Positions 32,590 to 42,223 of a stretch of DNA of 53,907 nucleotides are shown here, in pieces. The notes under the pieces were generated by a model. That model searched no databases. It saw only the letters and a list, made by a program, of their open reading frames with translations, and was not told the DNA's origin. Each line of letters starts with the position of its first letter. The stretch's first letter is position 1. Where the stretch lies: the IMG/VR virus record IMGVR_UViG_3300046713_000242, positions 1-53,907 of that record, one strand, 5' to 3'. The DNA is from a virus (taxonomy: Duplodnaviria > Caudoviricetes). A program made the position numbers and the translations under genes.

Positions 32590-34002
32590 TTAGATCTCCA
32601 TCTCGTAGATATCGCAGTAGGTGAAACCCGGATCCGATGCGCACCAGATCTGCGTGACGGGCACGCCGCGGCAATCGAAGTAGGTGGTGATCTGGTTGAG
32701 CGTCGCGTTCTCGCGCGAAAGCGTCCAATGCATTTGCCGCGTGGGGGACACGTTCGGCCACTGCACCTTCAGCACCACGCCGCCGGGCGAGACGCCGTCG
32801 CACTTCGCGCGCGGCACAAAACCACGCGCGTTCTTGGGCAGGATCGCCGCCGTCAAAAACGCAGCCGGGCCAAAGAGCGACGCCACCGAGAAGGGAAGCT
32901 CGAGCGAGCGCACGCGGCCGTTGCTCACGGACATGCCGCGGAAGCCGAGCCCCGCGGCGTTCGAAGGATCCGAAGCCAGCGCGCCGATGCATACCGCTTC
33001 GCCAATCGGCACGGGCACCGTAGCCCACGGGCTCGGGAGCGTGATCGGCGCGCTGTTGTCGCGTCGACCTTGCACGCTGGGCGCCACATCCGAGACCACC
33101 AGGATCCCCTGACTGGTCACGCCTGCGTAGGCGCCGCGCGGCGTGTACTTGCTGCCCCAGCGGCACAGGTAGAGGTAAAACCAGGTCGAGTTGGTAAGCG
33201 AAAGGCCCGGCGAAAAGAGCGCCGTCAGGTCCATCTCGCTCGTGTCCGACGTCGCGCGCGCGAACATGCGTCGGCCGCCGCGGTCGTACAGGTCCACATC
33301 CACGCTCATCAGGAACGAGCTCGGCACGTCGGTTGGGAAACCGAACCGGCTTCGCAGGTTGTGCGTGAGCATGATCTCTTCGCCGTCGCTCGAAGCCGCC
33401 TGATCGCCAGCGAGCGGGCGCATGTCGCAGACGTCGGCCGGATCGGTCGCGCCGTTCGAGCGCGAGAAGACCGCCGCGATCGGAACCCAGCCCACGTCAG
33501 GAAGCGGCACGTCCACGCCCCCCGCCAGGGCCTGAAACTCGATCACGTTCTCGCGCACCGTCATGATCGACACGTCGAACGAGCTCGTGGTGGGGTTCCA
33601 GAAGAGCCGGTTGACGGCGGTGTCGACCTCACCGCAACGCGCCTCGATCAGGTACCAGGTGTCGCCACCGAGCACGGGCACCGCCACGCTTTCGACATGC
33701 GCCAGGCGCGCGAGCAGTGACTGGCTATCGTCGATGCCTGGCTGCGTTCCGGCGCCGCTGATCCACACCGCTTGCAGAAGCGCGCCGGGCTGCACATCCA
33801 CGCCCGCCGCCGTGCGCGCCATGGTGAGCCCGCCGATCACGACGTCGCGCAGCGCTTCCGCGCCCGTGCCCGAGAGATCGCGATTGAGCGAGTAGCGCAT
33901 GGCATCGAGCACCGTGCGCGCGCCGAGCCCGGGAACGTTATTGAGGTCGGTGCTCGTGAGCTGCTCAAGCAGTCCGAATAGGGGGCGATCGAGTCCTGAC
34001 AT
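32590..34002 (-). CDS. Tail fibre/baseplate-distal protein
   Basis: Position; paralog of 30775..32586. Confidence 0.65.
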   Translation of the reverse strand: MSGLDRPLFGLLEQLTSTDLNNVPGLGARTVLDAMRYSLNRDLSGTGAEALRDVVIGGLTMARTAAGVDVQPGALLQAVWISGAGTQPGIDDSQSLLARLAHVESVAVPVLGGDTWYLIEARCGEVDTAVNRLFWNPTTSSFDVSIMTVRENVIEFQALAGGVDVPLPDVGWVPIAAVFSRSNGATDPADVCDMRPLAGDQAASSDGEEIMLTHNLRSRFGFPTDVPSSFLMSVDVDLYDRGGRRMFARATSDTSEMDLTALFSPGLSLTNSTWFYLYLCRWGSKYTPRGAYAGVTSQGILVVSDVAPSVQGRRDNSAPITLPSPWATVPVPIGEAVCIGALASDPSNAAGLGFRGMSVSNGRVRSLELPFSVASLFGPAAFLTAAILPKNARGFVPRAKCDGVSPGGVVLKVQWPNVSPTRQMHWTLSRENATLNQITTYFDCRGVPVTQIWCASDPGFTYCDIYEMEI

Positions 34003-34014
34003 GGTGGGGAGCTC

Positions 34015-35313
34015 CTACAAACAGGGGTCTTGCATCAGTTTCCAGGCCACGCCGAAGCCCTTTTTCGATTGGATCTCGTCATACAGCGTCTGCATCAGCC
34101 GGTTGTAGATGACCGGGCCACCGTCGCCGGGCTGGCTCGCGCTGTCGTAGGCGTTGATCCCAGCGTTCATGGCGTCGAGTGGAAGCCCGTATGCGCCGAG
34201 ATTCCGATTCACGCCGACCAGCACCACAAAAAACCGCTTCGAGGCGTTCTCGGTGAGTAGCAGGCTGCCAAACCAAGGATCGAGCGGATCGCACAGGCTG
34301 CCAACGTCGAGCGGCGAGTGATCGAGGATGAAGCCCGGGATCCCCTCGCGTGTCTCAAGGATCCTGTACGGAATGCCGTAGGGCGTCAGGATGCGCGCCA
34401 CCGTGCGCTCGATGGCTGCCGGCGAGATGGTGTCCGGGAGATCGCTCAGCCGGTAGCGATAGTCTGGGTCGCCCTCGCCGAAGGCGCGTCCCATTTGCCG
34501 CTCGCGCCCGATCGCGTCGAGCGTGCCGTGACGCCCGGTCGTGAAGGCCTCGGGTTGCTCGATGCTGAGCCCGAAGTCCGACCACTCGAGCACATCCACC
34601 CGGATCACCCCGGGCGTGAGCGCTGCGCCTTCGACGACGATCGAGCCGAGCAGCGCGCTACCGCTTTGCACCTGCCCGTAAGACAGCACCCGGCGCACCT
34701 CGCCCAGGTCCGTGCCCGTCGTCACGCGCACGTAGCGCCCCACCAGGCCCTCCCAGAACACGTCAGGGTCGCCTGTGTCGGTGAGCTTGTTTCCGGCGCT
34801 GACGGTGCACGCAACGTCGGCGCGGCCCTCATCGGCCATGCGGACGAACGTCCCCGCCGGCAGGTTCCCTTGGTCGCCAGGGCGCGTCGCGATCGCCGTG
34901 GCATCGATGGGGCCGAGCTCGCCGGCAGCAAAGGTCACGTCGGCCGCGAGCACGAAGTCTTGCAGGGTTGCCGGCTGACCCGTGCTGTCGAGCGTCGAGT
35001 GCGCCAGCTTCTTTCCAGCGCCCACCACGAGCTCAAGGGCGGCCGAGGCGGTGCGCCGTAGCCGCACCAAGCCGGATGCCTTCACGGGGCCGCTGGCCGG
35101 GTCATCGGATTGCGTCGAGCTCGGCAGCAGCATGTAGCCCTGCGTGTTGCGCCGCACCGCCGAGCTCGCGCGCGCCTGGATCTCGGCCGCGCCGGCCACC
35201 GTATCCCAGCCTACCCCGTCGCTGTTGTTCTCGAGCTCATCGGCGTAGTTCGGGTCGGATGCGTGCCGAAAGGTCGCTTCCAGGTCGGCCTTCGTGCGGA
35301 TCCTGTCCGTCAC
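34015..35313 (-). CDS. Baseplate wedge protein (gpJ-like N-terminus, gpI-like C-terminus)
   Basis: TLDAIGRERQMGRAFGEGDPDYRYRL motif. Confidence 0.7.
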   Translation of the reverse strand: MTDRIRTKADLEATFRHASDPNYADELENNSDGVGWDTVAGAAEIQARASSAVRRNTQGYMLLPSSTQSDDPASGPVKASGLVRLRRTASAALELVVGAGKKLAHSTLDSTGQPATLQDFVLAADVTFAAGELGPIDATAIATRPGDQGNLPAGTFVRMADEGRADVACTVSAGNKLTDTGDPDVFWEGLVGRYVRVTTGTDLGEVRRVLSYGQVQSGSALLGSIVVEGAALTPGVIRVDVLEWSDFGLSIEQPEAFTTGRHGTLDAIGRERQMGRAFGEGDPDYRYRLSDLPDTISPAAIERTVARILTPYGIPYRILETREGIPGFILDHSPLDVGSLCDPLDPWFGSLLLTENASKRFFVVLVGVNRNLGAYGLPLDAMNAGINAYDSASQPGDGGPVIYNRLMQTLYDEIQSKKGFGVAWKLMQDPCL

Positions 35314-36440
35314 ACCGTCACCTGTGTTACGCGCTCGAGCGTCGTGCGCAGCGCGCGGCTTTTGCCGCTTGGGTAGATGTCGCCCAATGGGTTCGCCACG
35401 AAGTCGTCAAGCACGATCAGCCCCGGCACGCGGCGCCCGATCGAAAAGAGCAGCGAGCGCTCGAGCGGTCGACCAGGCGGCGTCTGAGCCACCAGCGCCA
35501 CCGTTCCGAAGCGCAGCTGATCGAAGGCGAGCTGCTGATCGGTGCCCGCGACAAAGCGCAATCGGTATTGGATCGAGACGTATTCGGGCACCGCGCCGAT
35601 CACGAACGGCGGGATCCCGCAGCAGCGATATTCGAGCAAGGCATCCTTGACCTTGCGCACGAGCGCGGCGTTTGCCTGGCCGTTCACGTCGGCGATGTAG
35701 ATGAAAATGAAGCCCGTGGGGTCGCCCAGGTCGTCAAGTTGCTCTTCGACGGTGGCGAGCACGATCCCATCGACGCTCACGGTGCCGAACAGGATCGCAG
35801 GCCCCGTGCCGCGTCGTGCAGCCAGGAAGAACGCGCGGCCGCGCTCGCGATAGCTCGATGCCGTCTCGTCGTCGATGCCGCCTGTGGCGGGACCGTCGTT
35901 CGTGATCCGCATGTTCTGGTCGACCGGATCTTCAAACTGCGTGATCTGACCGGCAGCCACGTTTCCGGCCGTGCCGGCGAGCACTGCGCGCACGGTCGCG
36001 GTCGCCGGTCCCACCGCGTTCTGCGCAAATGTCAGATCCGACATAAACTCGAACTCGATGCCGGTGGCCGTGCGCACCTTGTCGCCGGCGGAATAGACCA
36101 CGGGCGGGAGCGTGCCGACAGCGCGGTAGATCGTCACGATCGCCAGCGCGGGCGACGCGCGCTTGCGCGTGAGCTCGCGCGAGTAGCGGTCCGGTAGCAG
36201 CCGCTCGAGCCCACCCAAGCTCGCTGAATCCAGGTAGAGATCCTTCACGTCGAGCGTGTGCTGGCGCATGACCTCTTCGGCCATGGCCGAGCCGCCTGCG
36301 AGCAGCAGATTCACGTCCGTGCCGGGCGTGTAGATCGCCTGGGGAGATACGCGCTTTCCAGGCGCGCGCGCCTCGCTGCGCGCGACGACTTCGCGCGCGG
36401 CTGCGTCAAAAAAGTCTGTGCGAGTGGGCAGGTCCGCCAT
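35310..36440 (-). CDS. Baseplate J-like protein
   Basis: AVLAGTAGNVAAGQIT...ATGGIDDETASSYRER. Confidence 0.9.
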   Translation of the reverse strand: MADLPTRTDFFDAAAREVVARSEARAPGKRVSPQAIYTPGTDVNLLLAGGSAMAEEVMRQHTLDVKDLYLDSASLGGLERLLPDRYSRELTRKRASPALAIVTIYRAVGTLPPVVYSAGDKVRTATGIEFEFMSDLTFAQNAVGPATATVRAVLAGTAGNVAAGQITQFEDPVDQNMRITNDGPATGGIDDETASSYRERGRAFFLAARRGTGPAILFGTVSVDGIVLATVEEQLDDLGDPTGFIFIYIADVNGQANAALVRKVKDALLEYRCCGIPPFVIGAVPEYVSIQYRLRFVAGTDQQLAFDQLRFGTVALVAQTPPGRPLERSLLFSIGRRVPGLIVLDDFVANPLGDIYPSGKSRALRTTLERVTQVTV

Positions 36441-36460
36441 AGGGCCAGAGCCTACAGCAC

Positions 36461-37354
36461 CTAACCGCCCTTGCCGACCGTGACATTGACGCCGAAGGCG
36501 CCGCTCGAGCACGTGCCGGTGACGCTGAGCAGGAAGACTCCGGGCGCAGGCGAACTGACCGAGACGTCGGCCGTGAGGGTGCCCGGCTCTTGGAAGATCT
36601 GTCCCAGCGCCTGGGCCTGGACGCTGCGAAACGTGCCTGGGCGCATGGGCCCCTTCTCGGGCAGGTTGAGCCCGTAGAGCGGCTTTCCAACGAAGGTGCC
36701 CTGTTTGGTCGTGAGCCGCCGAATGATCCGCTTCTTGTAGTTGGCTAGGCCCGCGTCGTTTTGGTAGTCGCCGTCGGCATCGTATTGGAACGTGCCCAGA
36801 GCCGGCTCGACACCCGGGCCACCGTCGCCAGCGGGCAGGTTTGCGATATCGAAGCTGCGCCGCGTCTCGGGCGTGACGGTGTTCCGCGCCTCGCCGAAGG
36901 TGCGAAACAGCCAGGACCGGTCGGCGAAGCTGCTCGCCTGCGCGATCTGGTCGCTCACGGTCACGATGTAGACCTTACCCGGGCCGTCAAGCGGCGCGTC
37001 GAGTTGCAGGATCACCGTGTTCGCACTCTCGCGCTCGACCCAATACACGAGCGGAATGTGCACTTCGGGGTCGTTGTAGCGAGAGAGCGACCAGCCTCGA
37101 TCGTAGAGCGCGTCGAAGATGGCGCCGCGGTTCTTGACGCTCACGGGGCCCGTGAGCGTGACGCGGATCGTGTTGAGCGTGACTTGCTCGGCGCCGACGA
37201 CAGCTACGCCGCCGCCGGAGCCGCACGTCATGGAGCCGCACGGCCCCGAGCCGCATGCGCCCGAGCCGCTGCCCGTGCCCTCAAGAGTAGGCGTGCCGCC
37301 CGGCACGACGGGCGGTGTGGGAGGCGTGTCGAACTGAAACTGGAAGTCAGTCAT
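36461..37354 (-). CDS. Baseplate gp25/gpW-like protein with an N-terminal Ig-like domain
   Basis: GLANYKKRIIRRLTTKQG.....P.YG C-terminal motif. Confidence 0.75.
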   Translation of the reverse strand: MTDFQFQFDTPPTPPVVPGGTPTLEGTGSGSGACGSGPCGSMTCGSGGGVAVVGAEQVTLNTIRVTLTGPVSVKNRGAIFDALYDRGWSLSRYNDPEVHIPLVYWVERESANTVILQLDAPLDGPGKVYIVTVSDQIAQASSFADRSWLFRTFGEARNTVTPETRRSFDIANLPAGDGGPGVEPALGTFQYDADGDYQNDAGLANYKKRIIRRLTTKQGTFVGKPLYGLNLPEKGPMRPGTFRSVQAQALGQIFQEPGTLTADVSVSSPAPGVFLLSVTGTCSSGAFGVNVTVGKGG

Positions 37355-38433
37355 GCGACGTTCCCGGCTGCGTCCACAGCCTTGACGCGAAGGAAGGGCC
37401 CAGGGTTGGTTAGCGGCCAGCCGCCATCGCGCTGCACCACGAACGTCCACCGCCCATCCATGCCGACCACGGGGCCCGTGCTGCTGCCATAGAAGGCGCG
37501 GAACTGTTGGCCGTCGTAAACAGGCTCTTCGAGCCCTGGCAGGTAGCAATTGATCATGGCGAACTTCACGGCGCTCGCCGCATCGCCTACCACCACTTGG
37601 ATCGCGGTGCCCTGGTTGATCGGGGTCATCACCACGGGCAGCGTCGAGACCGTCGGCGGGGTCGTGTCTGGTGGCGGCAGCGGCGGCGCGCCGATACGCA
37701 CGAACTGCACGCCTACGAGATAGGTCAAGGTCGTGTTCGATAGGCCGTCGTTGATCCCGAAGAAAAGCCCCGGGTTCGATCGAGCGCCGACCGCGGCCGC
37801 GTTGCCCACCGTCAGCACGCCCGGCTTGGCGGTGAGGTCGCTCGCCGGCATCCCGCTCGAAGTGCGCTGCTCGCTGGTGGCGATGTCGTAGCCGGCGCAA
37901 AAGCCGTTGTAGACGCCCGCAACCCACTGCACGTTGGTGATCAGCCCCGCTGCGCTCGCCCCGACCGCCAAGGACGCCGCGCCCAGCTTGAAGCTCATGG
38001 AGCTTGAGGCGGACCCTGATCCCGACGGGCCCGTCATATAGTCCTTTGCCCGCTGCGCAGCGCGCAGCCCTACGCCGTCGTTTGTCGTGTCGACGATCCC
38101 AACCAGCGGATCAACGACGTTGCCTGGCATGTTGAAGCGCGCGCGCACGAGCATCGGGATCGCCGCGTCGTAGCCAGGCACTTGCGAGAAAGGCAGAAAC
38201 CAGTGCGGAAAGTTGAGGTCGCCGTTACTGCCGATGATCGCGCTACCAGGCCCAGACGTGCGGCGGATCGAGAGCCCGGACCCGTTCACGAGGTTGCGTG
38301 TGTAGACCTGGCTGCTCACCGAAAGGCTGCCTTTGGCGTACCACGTGAGCCCATCGATCGTGTACGCGCCGCTCGCCGTGCAGGTCTGGTTAGCCTGCGC
38401 CGACAGATCGACCGTGTAGAGGACCGTGCTCAC
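37351..38433 (-). CDS. Virion structural protein with a C-terminal Ig-like domain
   Basis: PDTTPPTV...VKAVDAAGN signature. Confidence 0.65.
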   Translation of the reverse strand: MSTVLYTVDLSAQANQTCTASGAYTIDGLTWYAKGSLSVSSQVYTRNLVNGSGLSIRRTSGPGSAIIGSNGDLNFPHWFLPFSQVPGYDAAIPMLVRARFNMPGNVVDPLVGIVDTTNDGVGLRAAQRAKDYMTGPSGSGSASSSMSFKLGAASLAVGASAAGLITNVQWVAGVYNGFCAGYDIATSEQRTSSGMPASDLTAKPGVLTVGNAAAVGARSNPGLFFGINDGLSNTTLTYLVGVQFVRIGAPPLPPPDTTPPTVSTLPVVMTPINQGTAIQVVVGDAASAVKFAMINCYLPGLEEPVYDGQQFRAFYGSSTGPVVGMDGRWTFVVQRDGGWPLTNPGPFLRVKAVDAAGNVA

Positions 38434-38439
38434 GGTGTG

Positions 38440-39249
38440 TTACGCGCCTCCGCCCGCGTAGGCCGCCACGATGTGCCACGTGTCGACGCCATCGCTTTGG
38501 AAGATCGTGGACTGGCCGACCGCCGAAAACACGTAGGTCGCTGAGCCTGCGATGGTGTCGCCGCCCGTTGCGGCCACGATCGGCGTGCCGCTTGTGGAGA
38601 GCGCCGCCACCTGGCCGTTGGCGGAAGCCGCGGCAGAGGGCAGCGAGATCGTGTGCCCGCCGTTCATCAGCACGTGTTGGCCGTACGAGGCTACGTAGTT
38701 GGCGCTCTTCTCATCGGTGAATGCGAGCCCGCCACCACCGCCATTGAACCGGAAGATCAACGTAGCGAACTCGAGCCACCAAGAGACGGTGCGGCCGTCC
38801 ACCCAAGGCCCCGACGCCTCGGCCTGGTTGAAGTCGGTGCGCGCGACCTCGGTGGGCCCGTTCTTGAACAGGGCTGCATCCGGCACGCCCTTTTCGTTCG
38901 GCGCGGGAATGCGGATCGCTGTCGGGCTCTGCTTCACCGCCCAGACCTTGATCGAACGATCTTCGCCCGGCGTGCCCTCATCGGTGATGAGCTCGATCAG
39001 CCAAGAGCCATACACGCCCGGGTCAGGCGAGAAGCTGTACGCGCCGATCCCGTCGGGCTGCAAGCTCGCGACGCTGGTGGTGTCGGGAGTTGGCAAGAGC
39101 CCCACCCAGACGAAGCGAAAGCGGAATGTATCGACGTGATCGAGGCTGGTGAGCGTCACCAGCGAACCGTCAGCGAGCCCGTCGTCTCGTGCCATTCCGG
39201 CCACGCCCGCCGGCGTGCCCACCTGGTCGATCTGCATGATCGCGCTCAT
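38440..39249 (-). CDS. Virion structural protein
   Basis: PKD-like N-terminus; fibre-like C-terminus (TISLPSAA...SDG..W). Confidence 0.6.
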   Translation of the reverse strand: MSAIMQIDQVGTPAGVAGMARDDGLADGSLVTLTSLDHVDTFRFRFVWVGLLPTPDTTSVASLQPDGIGAYSFSPDPGVYGSWLIELITDEGTPGEDRSIKVWAVKQSPTAIRIPAPNEKGVPDAALFKNGPTEVARTDFNQAEASGPWVDGRTVSWWLEFATLIFRFNGGGGGLAFTDEKSANYVASYGQHVLMNGGHTISLPSAAASANGQVAALSTSGTPIVAATGGDTIAGSATYVFSAVGQSTIFQSDGVDTWHIVAAYAGGGA

Positions 39250-39258
39250 CCGGTCCCC

Positions 39259-39996
39259 CTACTCACCTTTGATCTTAGTCGACAGGGCTTGGCCCTCGAC
39301 CAAGGTAGCCTTGAACGTCGAGATCGCCGATCGCCAAGTCGCGAGCGACGGCGTCAGCGCATCGAAGAACGCTTTGAGCGGCGCGAGCGGCCCGATGCAG
39401 GCAGAGCTCGCCGCCGTGCTCGCAATCTGCACCGTGTTCGCCATGGTGTCGGTGCTGTCGAGGAAGGTCTTCAGCGCGGTCGTGAAGTCGTTCCCACGCA
39501 CGAAAGCCTGCGTCGGCTCGGCCTCGACCAGCTTGATCACGGGCGCCACCAGGCGCACGGCCTTGAGCTCGATATTTGCCTCATGATCGGGTGCGCCCAG
39601 CAGGAAACTCGAGCCGAACACGTTCGCGACAGACTGCCCGGCCACTGTCGTCGCCGGCTTCGTTTCTGGGCCGATCGCCACCGCCACAATCTGCGGGTCG
39701 ACGTTTAGATCGCCCTCGGGGATGGTCACCACCACCACCGCGCCCACCTTCAGGGGCGCGCTCTGGATCATGCCGGCCCATCCAAAGCTTGGGCACACCG
39801 AGCACGGCACGTCGGTTTCGCCGGCCAACGGGCCGCCCACGATGTCGACCGCGGCTAGCATGCCGCTCTCGGCATCGAAGGCAACATCGGTCACCTTCGC
39901 AAAGCAAACCCACACACGTGGATCAGAGCCGGGCCCGCTCGCTGTCTGCTTGAGCCGGTTCGGGTCGATGCCTTTGAGGGGGCGTTGCCGTCGCAC
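39259..39996 (-). CDS. Baseplate spike (gpV-like OB-fold)
   Basis: PLKVGAVVVVTIPEGD motif; follows the hub gene. Confidence 0.75.
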   Translation of the reverse strand: MRRQRPLKGIDPNRLKQTASGPGSDPRVWVCFAKVTDVAFDAESGMLAAVDIVGGPLAGETDVPCSVCPSFGWAGMIQSAPLKVGAVVVVTIPEGDLNVDPQIVAVAIGPETKPATTVAGQSVANVFGSSFLLGAPDHEANIELKAVRLVAPVIKLVEAEPTQAFVRGNDFTTALKTFLDSTDTMANTVQIASTAASSACIGPLAPLKAFFDALTPSLATWRSAISTFKATLVEGQALSTKIKGE

Positions 39997-40005
39997 GGGG
40001 CGAGG

Positions 40006-41967
40006 TTACTGCGAAAAGGGCGCGCCCGGATCTGATTGCAGCTGCTCTTGGGTCTGGGCCGAGAAGCGTTCGTCGGCCGCCTGGGAGGCGCTGGCCGGCT
40101 GCTGGCTCATGTTTGCGGCCGCCTGGGCGTCTGCAGTGCGCCGGGCCGCTGACTTGGCCGCCAGGCGCTTCGAGGCGGGCCCGCTCTGCCCCTGGGTGCG
40201 CGCGTTCGCCTCGGGACTCGGCCCCGCCTTGATGTCGTCCGCACGCGTCGCGTCGTCGCGCACCACCACGTAATTTTGGAAGTCCACGTCGATGCTCAGC
40301 CCCTCTTCGTGGTCGAAGGCGAGCCGCACTCCCTGCACGCGGAACACGGTCTGCTGGTTGGTGGTGTCGAGCAACGCGGCATACGTCACCGCGACGTTCC
40401 GCTTGAAGCCCGCCGCGATCAGGCGCTGGACGCGATCCGAAGCGCTCATGCCCTGAAGCTCGGTCACACGGTCCGCCAACACGCCCTGTTTGCGCGCGTC
40501 GATCAGGATGCGGATCGGCTTGCCCGCCTTCAGATCGAGTAGGTCGGCATTGAGGAAGTCCACGCCGAACGAGCTCGGATCGGCGGTTGTAAACGACCCT
40601 TCGAGCTCCTGACGTGCCGTTTCTTCGTAGATGCCGCGCGCGATCGAGCGCAGGCGCTCGAAGTCGGCCACGTTCGAGACCACCATCACGTGAATGGGGT
40701 TGTCGGGGTTCGAGCCGCTCGGGGTCACGCGCGCGGCGCGATCAGGGGTCTTCGGGAAGTCGTTCAGGCCAATGATCGCGGTCTCATAGCCAGGGCTCGC
40801 AGGGTAGCGCGCGGCGTAGGTCAGTTGCTTGTCTTGCTGGTAGCAGCGCACCTCGACGGTGGGATTCTTGAAGCCCGTCAGGTTTCGCGAGAACTTCAGC
40901 CGCTCGATGTTGCGCCCCCACACCATGGCGGGCGCGGACGGGTCTTTCCCGTAGAGCGTGCGCGCGTAGGTGATGTGGAGCCCGTAAGCCTCGACCACCG
41001 GGATCACGCCGCACGCAATGCAGACGTCGGTGATGTAGTCCCAGACGTTCCCCTTCTCGCCCACCCGCTGGAAGCGCTTGTGGCCTTTCTTCCCCACGAG
41101 CTTTTTCTTGCGCGCCGCGGCGTTCGACGGGATAGGGCCGTCCTCGCCATCGCCGAAGCGCACGGGGATCCCGCGCAGCGCCGGAAAGCTGTTGAGTAGC
41201 CCCTGGATCCCCATCTCGATCGGGGCGCCCATGTCGAGCTCGGCTTCCTTGGGCAGCGGCGTGTCGCGGATCAACGACATGGCATCCTCGGCCCGCCCCT
41301 GGACAAAGGCGCCATCGTCACCGAACTCGATATTCCATTCGGTGATGAAGCCAAAGAACCGTGTCTGCGCCTGGAAGCCGTCCGGGTCTTCGACAACGCT
41401 CAGGCGCGAGCCGTCGTCGCGCGTGATCCCGTGCATGCCCGCGTCGAAGTCGAGCGGCTCGACCACGCCCATGGTGAGCTCGATCGCCGCCGAGCGCATG
41501 AAGTTCGGGTGAAAGGGCGCCTCGTAGTAGTTGAGCGTGAAGCTCGCCTTATCGAGCGTGCGGAAGCCCGCGCGCTGCACCTCTGCGCGCAGCACCGGGA
41601 TCCCACCGATCGTGGTGAGCGATAGCTGGTCGGGCGCGGGTCCGTGCACCGCCTCGGGCGTTTTCTCGAGCCCAGCTGAGAGCCGCTGCGCCGACTTGAG
41701 CGACGCGCGCGCCTTGCCGATCTCGGTATCGAGCTCGGTTGAGCTCTGGGCGGCCTGCTGCTGCATCTTGACCAGCGTGGCGAGCTCGCGCCGACGCTTG
41801 TTCACCACCGCGCTGGCGTTCGACTCCTTCGTGTTCGAAGAGAGCATCACGCCGCTTTTGCGTGCCGTCGAGAGCGGCTGAAGCTCACGAAGCAGCGCGG
41901 CTGTGGAGCCGCCTTCGTCAAGGCGGATAGCGAGGCGTAGCGAGGCGCTTGGGCGGTAGCTGGGCAT
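40006..41967 (-). CDS. Baseplate hub (gpD/gp27-like)
   Basis: FFGFITEW, WGRNIERLKFSR motifs; position. Confidence 0.75.
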   Translation of the reverse strand: MPSYRPSASLRLAIRLDEGGSTAALLRELQPLSTARKSGVMLSSNTKESNASAVVNKRRRELATLVKMQQQAAQSSTELDTEIGKARASLKSAQRLSAGLEKTPEAVHGPAPDQLSLTTIGGIPVLRAEVQRAGFRTLDKASFTLNYYEAPFHPNFMRSAAIELTMGVVEPLDFDAGMHGITRDDGSRLSVVEDPDGFQAQTRFFGFITEWNIEFGDDGAFVQGRAEDAMSLIRDTPLPKEAELDMGAPIEMGIQGLLNSFPALRGIPVRFGDGEDGPIPSNAAARKKKLVGKKGHKRFQRVGEKGNVWDYITDVCIACGVIPVVEAYGLHITYARTLYGKDPSAPAMVWGRNIERLKFSRNLTGFKNPTVEVRCYQQDKQLTYAARYPASPGYETAIIGLNDFPKTPDRAARVTPSGSNPDNPIHVMVVSNVADFERLRSIARGIYEETARQELEGSFTTADPSSFGVDFLNADLLDLKAGKPIRILIDARKQGVLADRVTELQGMSASDRVQRLIAAGFKRNVAVTYAALLDTTNQQTVFRVQGVRLAFDHEEGLSIDVDFQNYVVVRDDATRADDIKAGPSPEANARTQGQSGPASKRLAAKSAARRTADAQAAANMSQQPASASQAADERFSAQTQEQLQSDPGAPFSQ

Positions 41968-42221
41968 CAGTCCTCAACCAGGCTGGGCAAGAGCTCTTTG
42001 CGGCGGATCCGTTCCGAGATGATGCGGCAGATCATGCGCGTGCTCACGTCCTGTGCGGCCAGCGCGCGGTGTGCTTGCTCGAGCTCGCGCACCTCACGAC
42101 TGCCCTTCTGGAAGTGCGGATCGCAGAACGACCAGCCGAGAAACACAGCGTTCCATGTGATCAGCGTGACGTAGGCTGCCCTGGCGCCGCACACGTCGCA
42201 GGTGTCGCTGACCTTGAGCAT
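41967..42221 (-). CDS. Small Zn-finger protein inserted in the baseplate operon
   Basis: CDVC...FCDPH; TGATG coupling. Confidence 0.6.
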   Translation of the reverse strand: MLKVSDTCDVCGARAAYVTLITWNAVFLGWSFCDPHFQKGSREVRELEQAHRALAAQDVSTRMICRIISERIRRKELLPSLVED

Positions 42222-42223
42222 GC

